Notes under the pieces: model-generated
What the model was told of the DNA's origin: nothing
Seen by the model: only the letters and a program-made list of their open reading frames with translations
The model's database searches: none
Assembly (NCBI RefSeq): GCF_006345805.1
Contig: NC_043015.1
Location: 31,930,001 to 31,994,000 of the forward strand
Reading direction: 5' to 3'
Source of the DNA: Octopus sinensis
Taxonomy: Eukaryota
DNA length: 64,000 nucleotides
Part shown: piece after piece, positions 13,288 to 25,624 of the stretch
Layout of the letters: each line of letters opens with the position of its first letter
Position numbering within the stretch: position 1 is the first letter of the stretch
Translations under genes and position numbers: made by a program

Positions 13288-13531
13288 CGTCTGGAAGGGA
13301 CTTTGCACCAGCCACAGACTTGGTCTGTGGTACTCAGTAAGCTGTTCCGTAGGAATTTCCAGCTACCTTCTGTGTCCGATGTCTGTAGCTCCTCCTCCTC
13401 ATCAAGAAATTTGAGGAGAGGGAGGAGGAGCTACAGACATCGGACACAGAAGGTAGCTGGAAATTCCTACGGAACAGCTTACTGAGTACCACAGACCAAG
13501 TCTGCAGATGGTGCAAAGTCCCTTCCAGACC
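13288..13531. mobile_element. Foldback MITE with ~110-bp inverted arms and TA flanks
   Basis: Arms differ at about 4 positions; ~22-nt spacer; TA at 13286-87 and 13532-33. Confidence 0.8.
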
Positions 13532-13535
13532 TAGA

Positions 13536-13587
<52 letters not shown>

Positions 13588-13596
13588 ATATATATG

Positions 13597-13651
<55 letters not shown>

Positions 13652-13957
13652 ATATATATATAATATATATATATATATCATCATCATATATATGTTTCTT
13701 TACTACCCACAAGGGGCTAAACACAGAGGGGACAAACAAGGACAGACAGACGAATTAAGTTGATTACATCGACCCCAGTGCGTAACTGGTACTTAATTTA
13801 TCGACCCCGAAAAGATGAAAGGCAAAGTCGACCTCAGCGGAATTTGAACTCAGAACGTAATGGCAGACGAATCGTTCTGAGTTCAAATTCCGCTTCAAAT
13901 ATGGGCTTCTTTCAGTTTCCCTCTACCAAATCCACTCACAAGGCTTTGGTTGGTTTG

Positions 13958-14643
13958 AAACTATAGTAGAAGACACTTGTCCAAGGTGCCACGCAGTGGG
14001 ACTGAACCCAGAACCATGTGGTTGGGAAGCAGGCTTCTTACCACACATCCACACCTGTTCCTGATATAGGTTGCTAGGCTTCATCCCACTCCTCCAGAAA
14101 TTATAAGAACCTCAGCAGTAATTCCTCATGAGCCAGGGTCTCCACCATCCTCTCTATCTCTTTTCAAACTGGAGTGGCCATTTATCTCCTTTACAAGACA
14201 CCTGTTTTTGTGTCTCTATCATAATTTAATCTCTCATCACCTGACACAAACCCACCTCACTCAAAACTACTCCCATCTTGGTTGAAATTCCTTGTCTTGC
14301 AAACTATAGTAGAAGACACTTGTCCAAGGTGCTACACAGTGGGACTGAACCCAGAACCATGTGGTTGGGAAGCAGGCTTCTTACCACACATCCACACCTG
14401 TTCCTGATATAGGTTGCTAGGCTTCATCCCACTCCTCCAGAAATTATAAGAACCTCAGCAGTAATTCCTCATGAGCCAGGGTCTCCACCATCCTCTCTAT
14501 CTCTTTTCAAACTGGAGTGGCCATTTATCTCCTTTACAAGACACCTGTTTTTGTGTCTCTATCATAATTTAATCTCTCATCACCTGACACAAACCCACCT
14601 CACTCAAAACTACTCCCATCTTGGTTGAAATTCCTTGTCTTGC
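13958..14643. repeat. 343-bp tandem duplication
   Basis: Units 13958-14300 and 14301-14643, two visible substitutions. Confidence 0.9.
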
Positions 14644-14799
14644 AAATTACCAGGTAAACTCACCTGTGCAGGTGCCATGTAAAAAGCACCCTGTTCACAC
14701 TGTGGCATTAGGAAGGACATTCATTCAACCTTAGAAACCAGGCCAAAGCATACCACAGAGTTTGATGTAGTCCCTTGCCTCGCCAGTTTCTGTCAAACC

Positions 14800-15030
14800 T
14801 ATTTCTTTACTACCCAGAAGGGGCTAAACACAGAGGGGACAAACAAGGACAGACAAACGGATTAAGTCGATTATATCGACCCCAGTGCATAACTGGTACT
14901 TAATTTATCGACCCCAAAAGGATGAAAGGCAAAGTTGACCTCGGCAGAATTTGAACTCTCAACGTAACGACAGGTGAAATACAGCTATGCATTTCGCCCG
15001 GCGTGCTAACGTTTCTGCCAGCTCGCCGCC
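14800..15030 (-). mobile_element. tRNA-headed SINE (family C) inserted into a family B copy
   Basis: 13-bp TSD TTTCTGTCAAACC at 14787-14799 and 15031-15043. Confidence 0.85.
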
Positions 15031-15939
15031 TTTCTGTCAAACCGTCCCACCCATGCCAGCAGGTAAAACGGACGTTAAATGATCATGATAATGAGTCTGA
15101 GAGATGAAGAATGACTGAATTGATTCTCATTCCTTACTCCAAATACTCTATTTGACATAGAACATAAAAGCCACAGAGAAATAGTTATATTTATCTAGTC
15201 TGTCTATCCAGCGATATGCTTATCCACCCATCCATCCACCCATTCATCCATCTGTCGCTCCCACCTTCGCTCACATTTTTTTTAATGAAAAAAGTCCTTC
15301 TTTAGACAAAAGGGCAAAAAAATCTATCAAAATAGTCTGGAAACATAATTTATCAAGCTATCTGTGTTAATTAGGATGTCTTTAAAAATTGGAATGAAAT
15401 TTTAAAATGTTCAAAAATTATTCCTGCTCCTCAAAAAAAAAAAAAAATTTTTTTTAAATGCTTCTCCCTAATTTAAGCAGACAGCGAAAATAGATTAGCC
15501 TCAACGGAAGTGGGTTTTAGATAACGTAAGTTAGGTGTTGTTGTTGTTTAACCACAAGTCAAATAAAACCCTGCAAAAATATGCTCAAAAGTGTTCCATC
15601 CGGGACCATTCAATCTTTTTAAGAATACTACTCCGGAGAAATTGTTTTCACCTCAATAGACGTCGTTGATTGGTTGAAATTGCCGAAATGCAAAAAAAAA
15701 TAAACAACAAATATCTTACAAACTACAGAATTTTCTCAAGAAAGCCAAGAGAAAAAAAATGTTTTATTTTTGACACATTTCTACCAGTATACGAAGTTTA
15801 AAAGTGTTCAGTTACAAAGAATTTATTAAAAAAATCTGCCGGTCAAAGCGAAAAGATCCAAAACTAGAATTCTTTAACACATAGTCTCCATTTAAAAGAC
15901 CCGATAGTAAATCATGATCTGAGAGACGTTTTGACTGGT

Positions 15940-16180
15940 GCCAATCTTTTACCATTCCACAGAATCTGAAGAAGAAGCGAAAAAAAAAATGTGGAAGCAA
16001 CGGAAGTTGGTGTGCAAGAGAACGGAAGTGGTTGCTGCGCAAGTACAAACAAAGAAGCGGTAAACCAAAAGAATGATTTCTTCTCCTTCAAGAATCGAAA
16101 AACTTTTCTTAGTTTGAGGCGTCGTCTTCTTCGTCTTTCTTTCTCTCTCTCGTCTTCGTAATTTACCATTCCACAGAGAC
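15940..16180 (+). promoter_or_regulatory. Probable TUBGCP3 core promoter / 5' UTR
   Basis: Non-repetitive, locally CpG-rich; CCAAT at 15941, ETS-like CGGAAGT at 16001 and 16023, pyrimidine-rich stretch before the ATG. Confidence 0.45.
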
Positions 16181-16262
16181 ATGTCTTCACATTCTGACGG
16201 AGGAGGCCGCATCACTTTGGCACTGCAGAAGTTGTGTCGTTTGGTCACTTCTTGTTCCGAAG
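16181..16262 (+). CDS. TUBGCP3: TUBGCP3 exon 1 ([27 protein letters not shown])
   Basis: ATG at 16181; LQKLC resembles GCP3 N-terminal LQNLC; donor G|gtaatt, phase 1. Confidence 0.85.
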
Positions 16263-16348
16263 GTAATTCATTTATTTTTGGGTTATGAAATGAGATTTTT
16301 CATTAATGTTTATTTACCTGAGTGACGTGTGTGTGTATATATATGTAT

Positions 16349-16382
<34 letters not shown>

Positions 16383-16573
16383 GTGTGTATATATATATGT
16401 ATATATACCGGAGTAAGCACATAAATGTGAAACAAGGTGGGAAAAAGAGTACTCAAATACCAGAGGTAGAGTAATATGCTTTATTTAAAAGCAGCAGAAA
16501 TAATAACAAAAGCTGTTACTCGGAGTTGCTGCTTTTAAATAAAGTATATAAATAAAAATTGCGAAATGATTAT

Positions 16574-16608
<35 letters not shown>

Positions 16609-17139
16609 AATGAATGACAGAGATGGGTTCTGAGAAAAGCACACCATTTAACCAGTTATATAAATAGTACCGTGCAAAAGCCATGGGTCCTGCCCTTCCC
16701 ACTAGACTCACCAGGTGCGTGAACACATACAAACATATATATATATATATATACATACACTCACATATATATATATATATATAATATATATATACATATA
16801 TAATCTGATCAGTACATGGGTAATCATTTTTATTTCGTATATTTTCATTTGTCTTGCTTATTTTTAATGCTTTGGTTTTGTGCTGAGTTTTTATTTGAGA
16901 ACATATTCATTGTGGAAAGTAGCGATTTGACGTCTATATCTAGTATGTTGACCGTCCACTTTTAGTGGTCAGTCCTTTAAATTTTGTGTGTATATATATA
17001 TATATAATATATATATATATGTGTGTGTGCACGCACCTGGTGAGTCTAGTGGGACGGGCAGGACCCATGGCTTTTGCACGGCACTATTTATGTAACTGGT
17101 TAAATGGTGTGCTTTTCTCAGAACCCATCTTTGCCATTC

Positions 17140-17185
<46 letters not shown>

Positions 17186-18272
17186 ATAATCATTTCGCAG
17201 TTTTTGAAGGATGTTCTTGACGTATTTATTACGTATTAAGTTCTGTAATTATTTGCTTCGTGATGAATAAACAAACTTCTATCTAATCTTCTTCATATCC
17301 GCTCCGTGCTTATTATAGTGCACACCAGTCCGTATTTTGACGGTTCCAATTACATATTAAGTCTTCTGCGAGATGTTTATAATGTATACACACAATCTGG
17401 TAGACTTTCTCTATTTACTTCAATACTGAAATAAATTCTATGGGGTGAGAAAAGGAATTAAATGGCATGGCTTAACATCGAAACCTCGTTACGTGGAAGA
17501 GAAAGAGATGTGGTGGGTTTTCTCATGGAGTGAAGAAATAGAATAGTTATTGTCCTTGTTTGGTCTGAAGACATATTATATTACTGATACCGAATTTATC
17601 GATACTTTCAGTATCGATAAATCCTGTGAGAAATCACTGGTGTTCTTAGGAAATACATGAACATCACTTCATTGTCATGCACATTTTCTCTTGTCAAAAG
17701 ATTATTCAAGAATTGTGCCATAATTAAACCCATTTGGCGTCAATATTGTTATGAAAATATAACTTCAACAACACTTCCAAATGAATCTCTCCAATCCTTG
17801 ACATTATGACAAGTCTGAAGCTCACAGTCAGCTTAACGTCCACTCTTCCATGCTTGCACGGGTCAGATGGATTTTATCGAGGTAGTTTTTCTACAGCAAG
17901 ATGCCCTTCCTGTCGCTAACCCTCATATTTCCAGGCAAGGAAACTTTCTCCCCCATGACCAGACGTGTTTTTTTTCCCCATAGAAGACTGGGAACGACCA
18001 GCATCACTTGCATAACGCTGGCGCTTATTTACAACCATCCTGTGATGGTTGAACGCTAGCATTATACAAACGATACTGTTCGTTCCCAGTCTGTCATGAA
18101 ATATATATTTGTGTGCATATAGGTCTTGTGTATATATAGGTTTGTATATATGCGTTTTTGTATATATATATATATATATATATAATGTGTATATATATAT
18201 GTGTGTGTGCATATAGGTCTTGTGTATATATATTTAGGTATGTGTATATATGTGTGCATATTGGTGTGTTTG

Positions 18273-18306
<34 letters not shown>

Positions 18307-18399
18307 ATATAATGTGTATATATATATGTGTGTGTGTGCATATAGGTCTTGTGTATATATATTTAGGTATGTGTATATATGTGTGCATATTGGTGTGTT

Positions 18400-18439
<40 letters not shown>

Positions 18440-21400
18440 CAAGTGTGTATATGTGTTTGTGTTTATATAAGGCATGTGTATGTATATATATATACACACA
18501 TATCTGTATATGTAAATGTGTGTATACATATGTGTGTGTGTGTGTATTTATACACGTAAAAAAAAGTGCTGGTGTCATGTAAACACCACCCGGTATACTC
18601 TGTATAGGGGTTGGCACTAAGGAGGACACACATACAAGAGCAATTATATTACAAGAAGAGTTCAAGCTCTGCAAGGTGCAGGCGGCTACCATGTATGTGT
18701 GTATGTACTGCTCTGCCTGTAGTAGAGACATTGATTAACACAATGCAATTGCCTAGAGATCCTGCATTCAATCCCCAGCAAAAAATGTCTCAAAATGCAG
18801 AAAGTGCATTTTGAGAGCAGTTTAGCGCACTGGATCAAATAAAGGGTTAGGTTTGAAATTCCAATACAGCTGAGTTCCATGCAATACACCTGAAGAAGGC
18901 TGAAGTGTACAATAGCTGATACATAGTGAAATTGGTGATCAAGTTGAGGATACCAGTCTGACTATTAATAAACAGTATACATAAAATATCAAAATTATAA
19001 TGGAACACCACTGTGAATTTATCTTTCTGTTCTGTGTAACCAACTCTAATGAATGGTTTTTGGGAATCTACCAGAAGGAACCTTGTTGTGGTTTAATTCA
19101 GCCTTCAAAATGATAGCAGCCAAATCTTAATTGAATCACATGCTATTGTCTTAATAAAGGACACATTAGATTATGTAGCATGGTTTACATGCCTGGGGGA
19201 AATTGTTAGTCAACGCTAGATTAAACAACAGCCTGGGAAAATTGATGGTTGATATGGAGTTAAAGAATATTCTATTTGGCGTGTTACCAGTAGGAAACAG
19301 ATCAGAGTTCAGTTACTGTAAAATCCAGGTGCAGGCATGGCTGTGTGGTAAGAAGCTTGCTTCCTGCGCATGCATTCGTCAGTGTTTTCTTTGCACTGCT
19401 AGGAGTCACGTCGCTATACACCGACGTCATGAATTATTGAACAAGTGAAGCACAACTACCAGGTAAGACATTTGTTTTTTGGGGGGAGGGATTCAGTGGG
19501 GATTTGATGCTCATGTTTATTTATTTCATCGAACAAGAAATCGCCACTGAGTTCCTGGCAAATTGTCTGCCTGTAGTTATGTTTAAAGTCTCACTTAGCG
19601 GTGAGAAGTGTGTTTTTGGGGCGTATCCCTCCTCCTAAAATTGTGCTTATTTTTTACCATTTTTTGGTGAAATTGTTGTATGACAACTTTTTGCAAGGAA
19701 AAAACTTCAAATCTGAAGAAGATGCAAAAACAGCCTTTTGTGATTTCATCACCTCTTGCTCTCCAGAATTCTTCACTGCCGGCATAAATAAGCTACTGAT
19801 AAAATGGCAAAATTGTATTGATAATTTAGGTGCATACTTTAGCTGCATTGCTTTTTGTTGAGATAAAGTAAATCAAACTTTCAGTTTAAAAGCAGACGTT
19901 TCATTCTTGATAGCCTGATGTATATGTATGTATGTATCTATCTATCTTTGTGTCTGTGTTTGTCTTCCACCACCACTTGACAATTGGTGTTGGTGTGTCC
20001 CCGTAACTTAGTGGTTTGGCAAAAGAGACCAACAGAATAAGTACCAGGCTTTAAAAAATTAAGTACTGGGGTTGATTCATTCAACTAAAAAATCTTCATA
20101 GCAGTGTCCCAGCATGGCCAGTCTAATGACTGAAACAAGTAAAACATAAAAGATCTAAACTTGTTTTTATGACCAGGCTATGGAGAAGAACCAATCTCTG
20201 TGTGTGAGCATTTTGTGTTGTTAAGCATGTTTCTTAACTCGTGTCTTGTTGATCTTTTCAGATGAAATCCTGCCTTATTACCAACATGCAATCAAGATCA
20301 TTAGCATGTAAGTATTCTAGACACATATTTATATCTATCTATCTCTCTCTCTCTATATATATATATACACGCAAAACATTCAAACACTGAGATTTGAAAT
20401 CAGATGTCACTATTGTTCATATCATCTGTGGATAAATTTTAAAATTGATATCACCAGCTGTGACATAGGTGGATCGCAGGCGCTATAGCATTAAATAGCT
20501 ATGAATTATAAATTTGTATGAAGCGTAAGGATGCTTAACAAGCATCCATCTGCTAGAAATTAGAGCTAAAGTCTTAAATTTATCCACTGTACCGCACCAA
20601 GATAACAGAAAAACAGTATGTGAAGAAAGTGACCGCGTGTATACCATTGGCGATTTTTTTTTTTTCCCTCCGTCTTCCCTTCTTTTGATTTTTCCTTTTC
20701 CTATGTTTCTGACGAAGAGCTCTGCTCAAAACTAAAAACCCTCCTTCTTTCCAATAATACTATACTTGTTGCATGTCCTCACGTGTTTTCTCTTTGTGTT
20801 TCCATGTTTGGATTAACTTTATATATATATATATATATCATTATTACCATTATGTTAACGTACATCTTTCCATGCTTGCATAAGTTGGGTGGAATTTCCT
20901 GTTGCCAACCTTCACCTGTTTGCAAGTAAAGCAATATTTCCCCATGACCAGACATGTTTCCATGGAAGATTGGAAATGGACACAGCTTGCATGATGGTTA
21001 CTTTTGTTTACAACTGTCACATGATGTCAAAGCAAGGTGGCACTAACACACACACACACACACACACACGAGCTTGCAAAAATTTCATGCATTGGTCAAA
21101 GTCAAAAATTTTAGAAGAGAGGGATCTATCAACTATATTGCTCCTAGTACTTGACTGGTACTTTATATTATTGACCCTTAGAAAGATGAAAGGCAAAGTT
21201 GACTTAGGTTGAATTTGAACTCAGAATGGTAAATTTTGGTATTTAATTATATAGTAATATTTTGTCTGATTTTCTGCTGATTCTGCCAATCCAGAGTATA
21301 AAAACAATAAAGATAAGTCTTTTGCTATGAACTGAATTTAATTTGTAAATCTACATAAACAGGGAACATCTTTACGGACATTCGTCCTGCTAAAAATAGT

Positions 21401-22919
21401 AGCCAGATGTCTCTCAAATCACACCCTAGTGTCTTAAAAAAAAAGGACACATTGGTTATTGTAGTTTAAAGTATGCAATATCTAAAAATAAAAAGACAAG
21501 TTGGTCATGGATAGAATGCTTCTGATCATGACTGACCTAGAGCAAAACAATAGCAATGCCATATTAATTACTCTACTGCTTCACCAGTATATATATATAT
21601 ATATATATATAAATTGAATGGAAATAGTAGTTAAGACACCCGTGCCGGTGACATGTTAAAAGAAAAGTACCATCCGAATGTGGCAGATGCCAGCCTCGTC
21701 TGGCCTCTGTGCTGGTGGCACGTAAAAAGCACCAACCAATTGTGGCCATTTGCCAGTCTCCTCCGGCCCCTGTGCCGGTGGCACGTAAAAAGCACCCGCG
21801 ACACTCACAGAGTGGTTGGCGTTAGGAAGGGCATCCAGCTGTAGAAACACTGCCAGATCAGACTAGTGCCTGGTGCAGCCTTTTGGCTTTCCAGACCCCA
21901 GTCGAACTGTCCAACCCATGCTAGCATGGAAAATGGACGTTAAATGATAAGGATGATATGTATATATTCCACTTGTTGGTCATGTTAATAAAATTATCTC
22001 CTTTTAAAAATTGGTTACATAAGAAGCACTTTAATGTCATCAGCACCATGCAGTGAACACAGGACACTCTACACATTTTCTCTCTGACATTTCAATTGAT
22101 AATAACATTGATATTTGTAAAAATAAAAATTGAGTATAGCAGAGTATATTTGTAGGTTTAAAACGTGTATAAACATATTTTGTTACACTCAACCTTTTTT
22201 TTTTTAGTTTTTTTTTATAGTTTTCATGTCATGCTTGATATAAATAGAATTTTTAACATTTGCTAAACCATCACTAATATTTAAATTTACTTAAAAATCC
22301 ACTCGTTAGCTAAATGCCATACGCTATGTGGGCGTAAGTTGCTGTACCGATATGCAAATTAATATACTAGTTAGCTAAGCACCATTCTCTATGTAGCTGG
22401 AAGTTGTTGGATCTTACTAGAACAGAATGATTAAGTGGAATTTGGTGAAGGTTAATGACTCATACAACTGGTCTTTCTATCATCTGCACTGTTTTGTTTA
22501 AAACGGTAATTTATTCCACTGTAAGACTAGATTTTAAACAGGCGTGGGTGTCTGGTTAAGAAGTTTGCTTTGCAACCGCAAAACTTTGAGTCTGATAATG
22601 TTGTGCAGCGTCTTGAGGAAACGTCTTCAACTATAGCTGACCTATGCCTTGCGAGTGAATTTTGTAAACAGAACTGCTGGAATCCCATTATATGTGTGTA
22701 TGTGTACATATGTGTGTGTATATATATATATATAGAGTTAATCCAAACATGAAAACACAACGCGAGGACGTGGAACAAGTATAGTATTATTGGACGCTCA
22801 GGAAAGAAGGAGGGTTTAACGTTTCGAGCGGAGCTCTTCGTCAGAAACACAGGAAAAGGAAAGATCCAAGGAAGGGAAGACGGAGGAAAAAAAATCGCCA
22901 ACGGTACACACACGGTCAC

Positions 22920-22982
<63 letters not shown>

Positions 22983-23360
22983 AATCGATCAATGGAAATT
23001 GCAGATGTGTTACCAGTGCCGGTGGCATGTAAGAGAACTTTCCGTTTCGCGACCGTTGCCAGCACCGCCCCGTTTCGTGTCCGTTGCCAGCCTCGCCTGG
23101 CCCTCGTGCCGGTGGCACATAAAAAGCACCATCCGTTCGTGGCCGTTTGCCAGCTCTGTCTGGCACCAGTGCGGGTGGCACGTAAAAAGCACCCACTACA
23201 CTCACGGAGTGGTTGGCGTTAGGAAGGGCATCCAGCCGTAGAAACACTGCCAAATCTGACTGGGCCTGATGAAGCCTTCTGGCTTCACAGACCCCAGTAG
23301 AACCGTCCAACCCATGCTAGCATGGAAAACGGACGCTAAACGATGATGATGATGATGATG

Positions 23361-23397
<37 letters not shown>

Positions 23398-25215
23398 CTG
23401 GGCCTTATGTAGGTAATGATGTCTGTGTTGTGTAACTAACACCTGTGCTAGTGACATGTAAAAAGCACCTTTCAAGTACTGGGCCTCATGAGGGCAGTAA
23501 CCAAGACCTTTGGCAATATGCTGTGCTTAAAAAGACCCATGGAGCCAATGAAAGTGTGGTCATGACAAATACTGGTGTCATGCAACTGGCACTAATGCTG
23601 GTAGCACGTAAAAGCACCTATTACCCTCTCGGAGTGGTTGGCATTAGGAAGGGCATCCAGCCATAGTAACCAATAAAATCTAAAATATGTATAATTTTAT
23701 ATATAATCACATTATACAAAAAGTGAGATACTTGCCACTGCTTCTGATCTACAAGATCTTGAATGCGTGGTTGAATGGCAGAGAATGCACAATGTAAGTC
23801 CCTTTCAACATTCAGCCTGTTTCTGTACTTGGTCTTGAGAGCAACGAGCGTGGAAAATATCAGCTTCACAAAGATACATAGACCCAAACTTAGCTAAAAT
23901 CTGAAGAGCATGATGTGAGATCAGAGGGTAAACAGGAAGGTACTTGATCCAGAACATTTCAAGATCCATTTCTTCGAAGTTTTCCTTAGCTTGGGAGTTG
24001 AACTTCAGCTCAAGTAACCCCTCTTGCACTTGATCCAATACATCAGTTACTTCACACTGAAATGGGTTCCTGATAAATTTCCAAGCTTCATGCTTTTCAT
24101 CTATATATGTCACTTGTTTTACCCCTCTGCAAAAGAATTTTATTTAATTCCTTTTGCAGGAAGGACTGCTTTGTCCTGGCCGTGTTCTGCCCTTACCTTC
24201 GAAACACGCATTGAGTCGAACCAGGGGCAGCTGATGAAGGGGAATTTTCCTTGTATTGTTTGTCCTGTTTTTTCGTTGTTAAAAAAAGTCTGTTTCCTTG
24301 TTTGATTTTATGTTTTCGTTTCTCGTTGTGTTCTATGTTTATTTGTGGTGTCCTGTACTCATATATGCATGTATATATACATATAGATGTAAGTATGTAC
24401 ATATATGTATGTATATATGCATATGTTTTATTATATTGTTATTATATATATATATATATATAATGCAGGCTGCCATACTCAATAAAATTTAAAAATCTAT
24501 TCTTCTTGCACAGCCCAGTACTGAATAATCTAGAGCTTGGTTGTTGAAGACCCCTACCATAAAGGGTCTTTATGGCTCTTTGTTTCAGGTGGCAATGCAT
24601 GTAATAATAACAATGGTGCCAAATGGCCTTTCCCTTGGATAAACATTAGTAGTTTAAGAAAGAGGGGACTTGTTTACATAGGCAACTGCTAGTGCTCGTC
24701 TTTCTCAGAAGATATTGTCCAGACCTGTTCATACATGTGTAGAAGCATGGTCAACTTTGACCAGTGTAAGCCTCTTATGACATCATTAAGATGAAAAAAA
24801 GCCATCAGTGTTTAGTTTATTGTTGAACCATCTGTGCCATTCCACAACTCTAAGGAGAAATCTGACCTTTTCAAACATTTGTCCAGCAGTAATACCTGCT
24901 GTTGATTGGGTAATTACTTTTACCTTTTTGGGGGGGATCCACATTCAAAGTGTTATTTAGACTGGAGCCTGGTGCAGCCTTCTGGCTTCCCAGAACCCCG
25001 GTCGAACCGTCCAACCCATGCTAGCATGGAGAACGGACGTTAAACGATGATGATGATGATGATGTATATAATAGGCAAGAAGTTGAAAATATTTTTGGCC
25101 CATGACTCTCCATGGACCCTAAGTAATGCATGTGTAAGATTTGAATGAAATCAGTTGGGTACTTCTCAAGTTTTAGGGATTCACAGACAGATAGATAAAC
25201 ACACATTCCCAGTTT

Positions 25216-25289
<74 letters not shown>

Positions 25290-25549
25290 ATATGTGTGTG
25301 TGTATATATGCTTTTATTAAAGCTGCAAAATTATCAGAAAAACTGTTACTCAGAGTTTCACATTCCTGTTTATCAAACAGTTGTGTTTTCTTCACAACTG
25401 TCTGACAAATGGGAACGTGAAACTCTGAGTAACAGCTTTTGTGATAATTTTGCAGCTTTAATAAAAGCATATTACTCTACTTTTGGTATTCGAGTACTAT
25501 TTCCCCCCCTTTTTTTGTACTTACATGCTCACCTGTGTGTGTGTGTATG

Positions 25550-25624
<75 letters not shown>

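Noticed and set aside
15812-16048. 78-aa minus ORF suggesting a divergent gene at the promoter
   Set aside because: Its 3' part runs into what looks like a repeat terminus (GATCTTTTCGCTTTGACCG, also at 10779); no downstream exons found.
17255-17305. GTGATGA as a C/D snoRNA C box, or a very degenerate minus-strand hammerhead
   Set aside because: No D box (CTGA) at a suitable distance; too many core mismatches for a ribozyme call.
24195-24260. CTGATGA with a nearby GAAAC as a possible hammerhead
   Set aside because: Stems I and III cannot be formed in any permutation.
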